Shown here piece after piece: positions 29,614-38,165 of a stretch of DNA of 64,000 nucleotides. Source of the stretch: Planctomycetota bacterium (GTDB lineage Bacteria > Planctomycetota > Planctomycetia > Pirellulales > Pirellulaceae). Where the stretch lies: NCBI GenBank assembly GCA_031409895.1, contig JANNYC010000189.1:1975-65974 (forward strand). The letters run 5' to 3'. Position 1 is the first letter of the stretch. Each line of letters starts with the position of its first letter. The notes beneath the pieces were generated by a model. The model ran no database searches. It was not told the origin of the DNA and saw only the letters and a program-made list of their open reading frames with translations. The translations under genes and the position numbers were made by a program.

Positions 29614-30366
29614 TTATCCCGCAAAGCCCGTTAGTTGGTGAAATTGGCGTTCCATCTGATTTCTTTCGCCCATCGTTTCCAGTGGTCCGTCGAACACGAC
29701 GCGCCCTTCGTTGATCAAGACAACGCGACTGCACAATAGCTCGACCTCTTGAAGCACATGCGTCGACAGCAACACAGTCTTCGATTGACCCAATTCGCGA
29801 ATCAAGCGACGGATTCCGACAAGTTGATTCGGGTCCAATCCGCTGGTTGGCTCGTCCAAAATCAGGATTTCCGGATCGTGCAAAAGTGCTTGGGCCATTC
29901 CGACTCGCTGACGAAAGCCGCGCGACAATTTGGAAATCGGCTTGTTCCAGACTTCGCCCAAATCGCATTCCTTGGCAACGAATTCGAGGCGGTCGCGCGT
30001 AACGCTGGACGACAGACCGCGCGCTCGAGCCAAATACTTCAATGCGCCTAGGGGAGTCATCTCGTCGTACAGCGGTCCATTTTCAGGCAGGTATCCGATG
30101 TGCTCACTTGCTTTGATGCGGTTTCGTTCCAAGTTGAAACCAGCGATCGTGACTGCGCCGCTGGTAGGTGCCAGATAGCCAGTTAGCAATTTCATCGTCG
30201 TTGATTTTCCGGCACCGTTGGGGCCGAGAAGGGCGCAGACTTGGCGGCGCGGAATCGAAAAATTAACGTCTCGCACGGCGGCGAATTGGCCGTAGTACTT
30301 GCAAAGATTCTCAGCATGAATCATTGGCTCGGAATCGATCGAATGCGATTTATTTTTGGCTCCCAC
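29614..30366 (-). CDS. ABC transporter ATP-binding protein (GldA-like)
   Basis: Walker A GPNGAGKST, signature LSRGFRQR, Walker B ILILDEP. Confidence 0.9.
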   Translation of the reverse strand: MGAKNKSHSIDSEPMIHAENLCKYYGQFAAVRDVNFSIPRRQVCALLGPNGAGKSTTMKLLTGYLAPTSGAVTIAGFNLERNRIKASEHIGYLPENGPLYDEMTPLGALKYLARARGLSSSVTRDRLEFVAKECDLGEVWNKPISKLSRGFRQRVGMAQALLHDPEILILDEPTSGLDPNQLVGIRRLIRELGQSKTVLLSTHVLQEVELLCSRVVLINEGRVVFDGPLETMGERNQMERQFHQLTGFAG

Positions 30367-30548
30367 GTCGACACATCCTGGCTAAAAAATCTGGGTCAAG
30401 GATAAACGGCACTCGGCAGAAAAATAGGCACGCAGCACGCGCTTGGCCGATCGCGAGGCTCCATTATCCCGAAATTCGCCGATTTCTCAACGGGATTCGG
30501 AACACGGGGAAACCGCTGCCACGAGAACACGCTTGATGAGAAGTCGGG

Positions 30549-31160
30549 CTATTGGTATCGCTTTTCCTCGCCCGGCGTGTCGATGCGGGCTTGTCGCGTT
30601 TCGCCGTCGATCATGCCCTTGATCTTGAGGACGTCTTGCGGGTTTTCGAAACAGAATAAATCTTGGGATTCGCCGTCGGCTTGCAAAAGGATGCCGGTTA
30701 TTTTCCAGCCGTAGATTCCTTTTTTCAGCATCAACGAAAACGATGGCGAAGTCGCTCCCGGCGTGCCTGACTCGGTCACCGCCACAGGAACGAAAGCAAT
30801 CTTTTGTTGGTTCGTTGCATACATCGGTTCACCTACGACATGATTCGCGTTTGGCCCCACCGGTGTTGCGAGGTCGAGCTGGTGCTTTCGCGTTTGGGCA
30901 ATCGACTCTTGCGACAAGTACTTTTCAGCGTTCGAGTTTTCGCCCTTTCGCAAGAATTCGACAAAGGTGCGACAGATTATTTCAGGCGGAGTGTCGACGG
31001 TGAAGTTTTCTACATCCGCAGTCGAAGGCGCATTCGCCGATTCGGCTTGCGCAACCTTGTCCGGCGTAATGGACGACGCAGCCTTGGGTTCTTCAGATTT
31101 TGTGCAGCCGACAATGGCGGCGAGCAAGACAACGAATATGAGCTTGGGTCTCATGAACAC
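30549..31160 (-). CDS. hypothetical lipoprotein
   Basis: Signal and lipobox MRPKLIFVVLLAAIVGC. No family recognised. Confidence 0.5.
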   Translation of the reverse strand: MFMRPKLIFVVLLAAIVGCTKSEEPKAASSITPDKVAQAESANAPSTADVENFTVDTPPEIICRTFVEFLRKGENSNAEKYLSQESIAQTRKHQLDLATPVGPNANHVVGEPMYATNQQKIAFVPVAVTESGTPGATSPSFSLMLKKGIYGWKITGILLQADGESQDLFCFENPQDVLKIKGMIDGETRQARIDTPGEEKRYQ

Positions 31161-31407
31161 TCCCTCCTAGATCGGCACGGGCGAAAACAGCTTGATCAAC
31201 GCAAAGCCGAACATCCCTGGCTTTGTCGAATGAGTCGTTCGCAACGATTGCAACATCGCGAATCGTGATTTTCCCTGAAGTCCGCAAACGGTCAAGGTCG
31301 ATTTGCCAACCCGCACGCCGCAACGTCCGATACCTAACAGAAGCGACTTTGAATCGGACGTGCTGGGCCGCTAGCAGGCGGATGGTTTTTCGCGACGCTG
31401 TCTTGGA

Positions 31408-31550
31408 TTAACCGCAACACCGTTCATGATTTTATCAGCCGGAACGCGCTAGCGTCCGGTTTCTGCGGGATACACGTCCGCCGCAACGGGGAAACTGGGG
31501 GCTAGCGCCCAAGCGGCTGATGGACTAAAGATGAACGGTATTGCGGTTAA
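31408..31550. repeat. 143-nt rod-like imperfect palindrome (structured RNA or REP-like element)
   Basis: Five nested complementary segments: 31408-27/31531-50 (19 of 20), 31434-41/31514-21, 31446-53/31501-08, 31456-63/31491-98 and 31464-68/31481-85. Confidence 0.45.
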
Positions 31551-31692
31551 ACGGGGAACGGAAGATGGACGGGCGAAAACTAATCGAAACTCAGTTTCGC
31601 TCTAGTCGCCACCGGCGTTGATTCGTAAAAGAAACCGTGTGGACGCCGCTAATTCGTTCGACACGGGCGTTGAACGGGAGGAACTCACGCAG

Positions 31693-32568
31693 ATGAAATT
31701 TTCGCAATCGTCAGTTTTGTGGATCGCGATCTTGACGTTGGCCATGCTCGGATTTTTTTCCGTGCAATCGAGCGCAGCCACATTCGCTCCACAAAATCTT
31801 CAAATCGACGCCGGTTCCCCACAGCCGCTTTCGACCGGAACTCTTGCCAATCAAGGCGTCGCCAAATCGAAATCGTTACTCAAAGTCCTCCGCGACGGAG
31901 GGCCGCTGATGATTCCGATCGGAGTTTGTTCGTTTATCTTGCTGGTGGTCGTCTTCGAACGCGCTATAAGTTTGCGAAAAGGGCGAATTATTCCCGGGCC
32001 ATTTGTAGGGAGATTCTTGGAACAACTTCGCGAGGGCGAGCTGACGCGAGAGTCTGCCCTAAAGTTATGCGACGAAAACGAAAGCTCTGTTGCCAAAATG
32101 TTCGCAGCTGGAGTTCGCAAATGGGGTCGGCCGAGCGTTGAAATCGAGCAAGCGATCTTGGATGCTGGCGAACGAATTAGCAACGACTTGCGAAAGCACA
32201 TCCGCATGATGAACGGAATTTCAACCGTGACTCCCCTGCTGGGCTTGTTGGGTACAGTCTTCGGCATGATGCACTCGTTCGATTCCATTGCTGGTGCCAA
32301 TCCTGCGATGGGCGACTCGAAACCGCTTGTTGCGGCCGGAATCAGCGTCGCGCTCATTACGACAGCAGGCGGTTTGACGGTCGCGATCTCGGCGTTGATT
32401 GCGTATTTTTATTTCGTTAGTCGAGTTGACCAACGAATTGTGGAACTGGACGAGCTTGGGATGGAGGTCGTCAATTGCGTTTCCGCCGAAGCGATCGCGG
32501 GATCGGCCATCGAACGACGAGCCGAAAGCAATCGACCACGCGGCGGGCCTAACCGGCAAGCGGCCTAA
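31693..32568 (+). CDS. exbB: MotA/TolQ/ExbB proton-channel protein
   Basis: ATG at 31693 with a signal-like start. Conserved TVTPLLGLLGTVFGM and ALITTAGGL blocks. Confidence 0.85.
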   Translation: MKFSQSSVLWIAILTLAMLGFFSVQSSAATFAPQNLQIDAGSPQPLSTGTLANQGVAKSKSLLKVLRDGGPLMIPIGVCSFILLVVVFERAISLRKGRIIPGPFVGRFLEQLREGELTRESALKLCDENESSVAKMFAAGVRKWGRPSVEIEQAILDAGERISNDLRKHIRMMNGISTVTPLLGLLGTVFGMMHSFDSIAGANPAMGDSKPLVAAGISVALITTAGGLTVAISALIAYFYFVSRVDQRIVELDELGMEVVNCVSAEAIAGSAIERRAESNRPRGGPNRQAA

Positions 32569-32621
32569 TTCGCCGACAATCGTTCATCAAACCGTGAACT
32601 GCGGAAATCGAGTACTAATCC

Positions 32622-33050
32622 ATGCCCCTCAAGACGATGCGCGACGATGCCCCGTCGATCAACTTGACGCCGATGATCGACATTTTGTTGTTCCTAGTCA
32701 TTTTTTTTATGATCGGCAGTCAGCTTACCAATTCGAATGACGACGAGCGGGACTTAGCGGTCCGCGTTCCCCAAGTTTCACCGATGCCAACGGCGGCTTC
32801 CGGGTCAAGCAAGCGGGTGATCAACGTGTTCGGTGACGGGCGAATTCATTTGGATGGCCGACAACTGTCGCTGGCTGATCTGGAACGGCAACTTTGCGAG
32901 GCCAAAGCTCAAAACACAAAGACTTCGGTCGTTGTTCGCGGCGATTCCAACAGCGTTTATCAATCGGTCGCCGACGTCATCGCCGTTTGTCGACGCGCCG
33001 ATATTCAAGACGTTAATTTGGCCGTTCGCGTCGCCCAAGTGGAGCGGTAG
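32622..33050 (+). CDS. exbD: ExbD/TolR biopolymer transport protein
   Basis: INLTPMIDILLFLVIFFM motif; 142 aa. Confidence 0.85.
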   Translation: MPLKTMRDDAPSINLTPMIDILLFLVIFFMIGSQLTNSNDDERDLAVRVPQVSPMPTAASGSSKRVINVFGDGRIHLDGRQLSLADLERQLCEAKAQNTKTSVVVRGDSNSVYQSVADVIAVCRRADIQDVNLAVRVAQVER

Positions 33051-33052
33051 CC

Positions 33053-34912
33053 ATGTGGCCAATTTTCGCAGTCGCCGACGGTTGCCTCGCGATCGTGAAT
33101 TGGACGCGCACCGTCGAGATCACAATCTGGAGTGGGCTTGCGCTGCTGAGCCTGGCGCTGTTGGCGCTGACACTGACGCGCTTAGGCAACGTGAAGACAA
33201 CGCACAAATGCGTAGGGCTCTCGGTTTTCGCTCACTTGTTGTTGGTTCTTTACGCATATGAAACGCGGCTCTTTGTTCCGTCGGCTGGGTCCAATGGAGA
33301 CGAAGCCATCGTTCCGATCCATTTTCTCAGCGAGTCCGATGAGTCCTCGGATATTTCGACGGACGAAATAGCAGATATTGCCCGCCAAGACTTACCGGTC
33401 CCCGACCTCGCCGCTCCCGAGTTGATGGAAGCACAACTCGAAAGTGAATCGCCGACATCGGACGAGATCGCCGTTTTGATTCCGCCTTCAATTTCCGCAC
33501 CCGCCTTGTTGGAAGCGCCAAAACCACCCGCGAATGATGCCATCGCCGACGATGCTGTTCAAGCCGAAGCCAACACGCCAGACCAACCCGCCGAACCGGA
33601 AGCAATTGTCGAAAGTCAGCGGTCCATTGAACCCGATTCGCGGCACGATTCCTCGAAAATCGACGTCGATACAGATCAAGTCAAATTGAGCCCTCCTGAA
33701 GACTCCTCGCTGATCCCAATCGTGACGTCGACAGAAATTGCAGACGCGACGAACAGCAGAAATTTTCCATCGAATCGCGAAGTCACTTCGAGAGCCGTCC
33801 AGCCTACGCCGTTGATTTATGCTTTGCGAAGTCCCAATCAACGGCGAGAGCATGCACTTAAACGTGGCGGCACCGAAGGAACAGAAGAGGCTGTCGAAAA
33901 TGCACTTCGCTGGCTGGCAAATAATCAGCAGACTGATGGCCGCTGGAATCCTCGCTTGACCGAAGCCGGCCGCGAATTCCGAGTGCTTGGTCACGATCGG
34001 CGCGGAGCTGGTGGCGATGCGGATACGGCGCTCACGGGGCTTGCGCTGCTGGCGTTCATGGGCGCCGGATACGACCATCTGCACGGTGATTATCGCGACA
34101 ACATACGCAGCGGATTGGAGTTTATTCTCAAATCGCAAGCCGGCAGCGGGCACTTCGCGGGCGAGGCCAGTTTGTTCGCGCACATGTACAGCCACAGCAT
34201 CGCGACGCTCGCGGTCAGTGAAGCGTACGCGCTCACCGGCGATCAGCGGCTCAAGCCGTATGTCGAGCGAGCGGTGGCGTATTCGATTGCTTCTCAAGAT
34301 CCAGTTGGCGGCGGTTGGCGATATCAACCGGGCGAAGCTGGCGACATGAGCCAATTCGGTTGGCAAGTCATGGCGCTCAAAAGCGCGCAGCTCGGAGGAG
34401 CTTTCATTCCGCCACCGACTATTCAGCGCATGAAAACATTCTTGGACTCGTGTACGTCGGGACAGAACGGTGGACTTGCTTCGTATCGGCCGCGTCAACA
34501 GCCTTCTGCGACAATGACCGCCGAAGCACTCGCGTGTCGATATTTCCTAGGTCAAGCGATCGCCTCGCGAACATCTTCGGAAGCCGCTGACTTCATCCTC
34601 AACGAAACACCGGGCAGCGGTGAAGTCGATTACTATCTTTGGTATTACGCCACACTTTCGCTCTACCAACGTGGGGGCGAGTCGTGGGAAACATGGAATC
34701 GTCAACTTCAAAAACAATTGACCAGTACCCAAGTTCAAAGCGATCACCACGCGGGAAGTTGGGAGCCGAATGGCAAATGGTGCGGATACGGCGGTCGCGT
34801 TTTTAGCACCTCGATGGCGACATTGAGCCTCGAGGTCTATTATCGCTATTTGCCGATGATGCGTGAGCAAGTCGCGCAAAGCCGTGAGCCGTGGGAACGA
34901 CAACTCAAATAG
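33053..34912 (+). CDS. membrane-anchored protein with acidic/Pro-rich linker and prenyltransferase/squalene-cyclase-like (alpha/alpha toroid) repeats, in the TonB position
   Basis: Starts 3 nt after the exbD stop. N-terminal TM helices, a low-complexity linker (PVPDLAAPELMEAQLESESP...EAPKPPAND), and repeats NNQQTDGRWNP, SQDPVGGGWRYQ and HHAGSWEPNG. Confidence 0.7.
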   Translation: MWPIFAVADGCLAIVNWTRTVEITIWSGLALLSLALLALTLTRLGNVKTTHKCVGLSVFAHLLLVLYAYETRLFVPSAGSNGDEAIVPIHFLSESDESSDISTDEIADIARQDLPVPDLAAPELMEAQLESESPTSDEIAVLIPPSISAPALLEAPKPPANDAIADDAVQAEANTPDQPAEPEAIVESQRSIEPDSRHDSSKIDVDTDQVKLSPPEDSSLIPIVTSTEIADATNSRNFPSNREVTSRAVQPTPLIYALRSPNQRREHALKRGGTEGTEEAVENALRWLANNQQTDGRWNPRLTEAGREFRVLGHDRRGAGGDADTALTGLALLAFMGAGYDHLHGDYRDNIRSGLEFILKSQAGSGHFAGEASLFAHMYSHSIATLAVSEAYALTGDQRLKPYVERAVAYSIASQDPVGGGWRYQPGEAGDMSQFGWQVMALKSAQLGGAFIPPPTIQRMKTFLDSCTSGQNGGLASYRPRQQPSATMTAEALACRYFLGQAIASRTSSEAADFILNETPGSGEVDYYLWYYATLSLYQRGGESWETWNRQLQKQLTSTQVQSDHHAGSWEPNGKWCGYGGRVFSTSMATLSLEVYYRYLPMMREQVAQSREPWERQLK

Positions 34913-35016
34913 CACGGTGAAGTCGTCGTCGGTTTGACACGAAATACTGCGGGGCTACAATATAGTGCAAGTCCGCAATTCGGCTTTGGAAAAGTTTTTG
35001 TAGTTAGGATGTAGCC

Positions 35017-35211
35017 GTGTTAGCTTTCTTTGGAACCCTTGGAATACAAGAAATCTTGATTGTCGCCGGGGTATTTTTGCTTTTGTTCGGCAGTGCGCGA
35101 TTGCCAAGTTTGATGCGTAACATGGGCCGCAGCATCAACGAATTCAAAGCGGGTATGGGCGACAAGCCAGGCGAGCGAATCGAAGAGACTCGCGAAACCG
35201 ATCGCCAATAA
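35017..35211 (+). CDS. tatA: twin-arginine translocase TatA/E-family protein
   Basis: GTG start. GIQEILIVAGVFLLLFGSARLPSLMRNMGRSINEFK is the canonical TatA TM plus amphipathic helix. Confidence 0.8.
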   Translation: MLAFFGTLGIQEILIVAGVFLLLFGSARLPSLMRNMGRSINEFKAGMGDKPGERIEETRETDRQ

Positions 35212-35247
35212 AGCAGCGACTTCTTTCTTTCAGAGGCCGCGTTTTCT

Positions 35248-35520
35248 ATGTTCGGCAGCATCGGCTATCAAGAACTGTTGCTTCTCGGCGTTGTAGCGAT
35301 TTTGCTATTTGGCAAACGTCTTCCCGATGTCGCACGGTCTTGGGGACAAAGCTACCGCGAGCTTCGCCGCAGCTTTAACGACATCAAAAGTTCATTTAAC
35401 GCCGATGGCTACGAGCCGACCAAATCCAAGCGGCCCGCAATCGAATACGACGACCGGGTCAACGAATCCGCGCCCCGTTTCGTCCCACCCACCGAGAGCG
35501 ACTCGACATCTGGGGTCTGA
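35248..35520 (+). CDS. second TatA/TatB-family protein
   Basis: MFGSIGYQELLLLGVVAILLFGKRLPDVARSWGQSYRELRRSF. Confidence 0.75.
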   Translation: MFGSIGYQELLLLGVVAILLFGKRLPDVARSWGQSYRELRRSFNDIKSSFNADGYEPTKSKRPAIEYDDRVNESAPRFVPPTESDSTSGV

Positions 35521-35542
35521 CCCCTCGAACGCTGCCGGTCGC

Positions 35543-36370
35543 TCAGTCATTGAAAACTATTCGGTAATTGCTCGCGCCTCCCTCGACCGCAATCACTTCG
35601 ATCGTGTTGCCTCGTCGCCGAGCGGAGCAAGCAAAATTTTGGTTCGGCAAATCTGGCGTCGCCGAAAATTCGCTGGGCAATTGCGACCCTTTTTTTGCCG
35701 GCAATTTAAATCGAAAGACGCGAATGCCGCCGGACGTGCTAGTCAAAAGGCAATCGACCGGTCCGTTTTCCGTATGAAGTTGTTTCCATTGTCCTTTTGG
35801 GGCAATCATCGGCTCCTCGCTATTTTCATCGAGACTCGACCCACCGCTGTTGTCCGCAATTTGAATCCATTGCAATGAAGCTTCGCACAGCTCGCGAGCA
35901 GTAAAGGTTTGATTCACAGGAGTCGCTGGTCCGTTCCCGTTTATAATCGCAAGCACGGCTGCCGCTACTCCCGCGATCGCGATTCCCCAAGCCCATGTTG
36001 CAGATCGTTTGGGCTTCGCCCCAGCCGGGATGCCTTGTTTGACGCCTTCGTTCGATCGCTTTGCCAAGCTTACAACAGTCGGAGCCTTAAAATCCACCGT
36101 TTTATCGAAACCACGTGAACTGAGAGTTGCATTCGCCGAATCAAGCGAACGCACAATCAATTCGTCCAAGCCCACCGGAACTGCCACGTCGATCAGCGCG
36201 TTCTTGATTTGCTGATCCTCCGCTTGCGCAGCGTTCAGTGTTTCGCGATGTCGCGGTGATTCGGCCAACCAATTCCGCAACGACGACATTTCAGGTTGAG
36301 CCAAATCCGGCTCGGCGCGGTAAGCGTCCAGCAATGGCCGAATGTCGTCAGGAACTTCAATTGGCTTCAT
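35543..36370 (-). CDS. putative anti-sigma factor (single-pass membrane protein)
   Basis: Lies immediately downstream of the ECF sigma gene (13-nt gap) and has a central TM segment, WAWGIAIAGVAAAVLAII. No zf-HC2 motif is visible. Confidence 0.5.
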   Translation of the reverse strand: MKPIEVPDDIRPLLDAYRAEPDLAQPEMSSLRNWLAESPRHRETLNAAQAEDQQIKNALIDVAVPVGLDELIVRSLDSANATLSSRGFDKTVDFKAPTVVSLAKRSNEGVKQGIPAGAKPKRSATWAWGIAIAGVAAAVLAIINGNGPATPVNQTFTARELCEASLQWIQIADNSGGSSLDENSEEPMIAPKGQWKQLHTENGPVDCLLTSTSGGIRVFRFKLPAKKGSQLPSEFSATPDLPNQNFACSARRRGNTIEVIAVEGGASNYRIVFND

Positions 36371-36383
36371 CGTTGCGTCCCCC

Positions 36384-36926
36384 TTACGGAATTTGCGATG
36401 AGAATATTTCGCGCAAGCTAGATTTCGCTCGTGAGAGCCTGCTCATCACGGTGCCGATCTTGATGCAGAGTCGATCGGCGATCTGCTGATACGAAAGGTC
36501 CTCAAAAAAGTACATAAGTACGACCTGCTTGTGATGTGTGTCCAATTTGTTGATGGCGTTTTGCACGGCATCGATTTCCGATGCGTCAATCGTCGACCGA
36601 TCCGGAAACCAATCAAGGTTCACGTTTAGAGTCGATGCGTTTAGCGGGCGCTGTCGACGATGGAGCTTGAAAAAAGTATTTCGCACAATCCGAAGCAGCC
36701 ACGGTCGCAAACGAGATTGATCTCGGACTTGATTCAGGTGACGTTGTGCCTGCAGGAAGACTTGTTGCGACACATCTTCAGCATCGCTGCGATTGCCCGT
36801 CAATCGAAAAGCGTACCGGTAGACGTCGTTCAAATAAGTCTCAACCAGCCATTCAATTGGAAAGGCTGACTGCGGGTCCGGACCGTTGTTGTCTGGTGTC
36901 ACGAGTCGGTTAGGGCTGGCGTACAT
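36384..36926 (-). CDS. ECF (sigma-70 family, group 4) RNA polymerase sigma factor
   Basis: Region 2 (VYRYAFRLTGNRSDAEDVSQQVFLQ) and region 4 (LSYQQIADRLCIKIGTVMSRLSRAK). Confidence 0.9.
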   Translation of the reverse strand: MYASPNRLVTPDNNGPDPQSAFPIEWLVETYLNDVYRYAFRLTGNRSDAEDVSQQVFLQAQRHLNQVRDQSRLRPWLLRIVRNTFFKLHRRQRPLNASTLNVNLDWFPDRSTIDASEIDAVQNAINKLDTHHKQVVLMYFFEDLSYQQIADRLCIKIGTVMSRLSRAKSSLREIFSSQIP

Positions 36927-37224
36927 AAAAAAGGCGTCTGACCGAACGACGGACCATCAAGAACGCACCCACCGTTCATAAGAGGCGCCGTAAACGGCGA
37001 ATATTCCCAACATGAGCGAAATAACGCGGTAAAGCAATGACATTGGCCGTCCGGCAAGCTCTGCCTAATCGTTACGGAAAAGCCGGCCAATTCCAACCGA
37101 CTATGCATGCAGCGGCTTGATTCGCGGTCGCTTAGCGTAGAAAATACAAACGACGAGCAGAGTGTCTTGCTCGCGGGGCAGTAATTACTGACTGCATTTG
37201 AGAGCTTTGATTTTGGAAGGAAAC

Positions 37225-37356
37225 ATGAACAGATTACTTGGATTTGCATTGTTGTTGGTTGTTTCGTCGGCGATGTTCGTTGGTTGCAACAAGGGAACCG
37301 AGACCAAAACGACCCCCCCACCAAAGGCTGAAACTAAAACAGAGGCGCCTAAATAA
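37225..37356 (+). CDS. 43-aa putative lipoprotein (below the ORF-track cutoff)
   Basis: AAGGA lies 5 nt before the ATG. MNRLLGFALLLVVSSAMFVGC-NKGTETKTTPPPKAETKTEAPK*. A strong terminator follows. Confidence 0.4.
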   Translation: MNRLLGFALLLVVSSAMFVGCNKGTETKTTPPPKAETKTEAPK

Positions 37357-37387
37357 ATTAAGCGCTTTTTATTTTCGATCTACCTGA

Positions 37388-37420
37388 GGAGCAAACGGTC
37401 TAGAGTTTGCTCCTTTTTTT
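37388..37420 (+). terminator. rho-independent terminator
   Basis: GGAGCAAAC-GGTCTAGA-GTTTGCTCC (9-bp perfect stem) followed by TTTTTTT. Confidence 0.7.
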
Positions 37421-37479
37421 GTTTACATTGGCCGCTTGCTCGAGTCCGCCTCATTTGCTTTGCGGTCAAAGGATTTGTC

Positions 37480-37644
37480 ATGTTTGCATTTCGCTGGATT
37501 GCGTTAACTCTGTTCGTGGTCGCTTGTGGGCTCGGTTGCCAAGGTGAACCTCGCCCCGACACCGATCCCTCGGATTCAGAACTGCAAGTCCCCAATGTGG
37601 ACAGTGGTGATTCCGCGAATAAAAAGAGCGACGCATCCAAGTAG
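37480..37644 (+). CDS. 54-aa putative lipoprotein (below the ORF-track cutoff)
   Basis: AAGGA lies 8 nt upstream. MFAFRWIALTLFVVAC-GLGCQGEPRPDTDPSDSELQVPNVDSGDSANKKSDASK*. Confidence 0.4.
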   Translation: MFAFRWIALTLFVVACGLGCQGEPRPDTDPSDSELQVPNVDSGDSANKKSDASK

Positions 37645-37680
37645 CGCCTTGTTGCGGTTGACACCCAGTAGTCGACACGT

Positions 37681-38148
37681 ATGAAATGCCCTTTTTGCCG
37701 ACGCGATAACGACAAAGTCATCGACTCACGATCGTGTGAAGGCGGCTTTGTGATCCGTCGTCGGCGGACCTGCTTGAATTGCGACCGGCGATATACGACC
37801 TACGAGCGCATCGTCGAAGTCGATATAAAAGTCGTTAAGAAAAACGGTTCTCGCGAACCGTTTCAGACCGACAAGATTCGCAATGGCCTTCGGCGCGCTT
37901 GCTGGAAACGGCCCGTGACCAGCGAACAGTTGGAGTCACTTATTGCCAAAGTCGAACAGGAAGTCGTCACCAAGTTCGAACAAGTCGACGAAATCGCAAG
38001 CTTCGAATTGGGCCGCATCGTGATGGACGAGTTGTTCGAGCTGGATCAAGTCGCTTACGTTCGCTTCGCCAGCGTCTATCGCCAGTTTTCCGGCGCACAA
38101 GACTTTGTCTCCGAGGTCCAACAAGTCCTTCGCAAACACTCAGACTAA
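37681..38148 (+). CDS. nrdR: transcriptional repressor NrdR
   Basis: MKCPFCRRDNDKVIDSR...CLNCDRRYTTYE zinc ribbon plus an ATP-cone. Confidence 0.95.
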   Translation: MKCPFCRRDNDKVIDSRSCEGGFVIRRRRTCLNCDRRYTTYERIVEVDIKVVKKNGSREPFQTDKIRNGLRRACWKRPVTSEQLESLIAKVEQEVVTKFEQVDEIASFELGRIVMDELFELDQVAYVRFASVYRQFSGAQDFVSEVQQVLRKHSD

Positions 38149-38165
38149 TGCTTTCCATTCACGGA

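Noticed and set aside
33488-34498. 336-aa antisense ORF inside the TonB-position gene
   Set aside because: It is Arg-rich, low-complexity and motif-free, and it is fully contained in a sense gene with recognisable repeats. This is a typical high-GC shadow frame.
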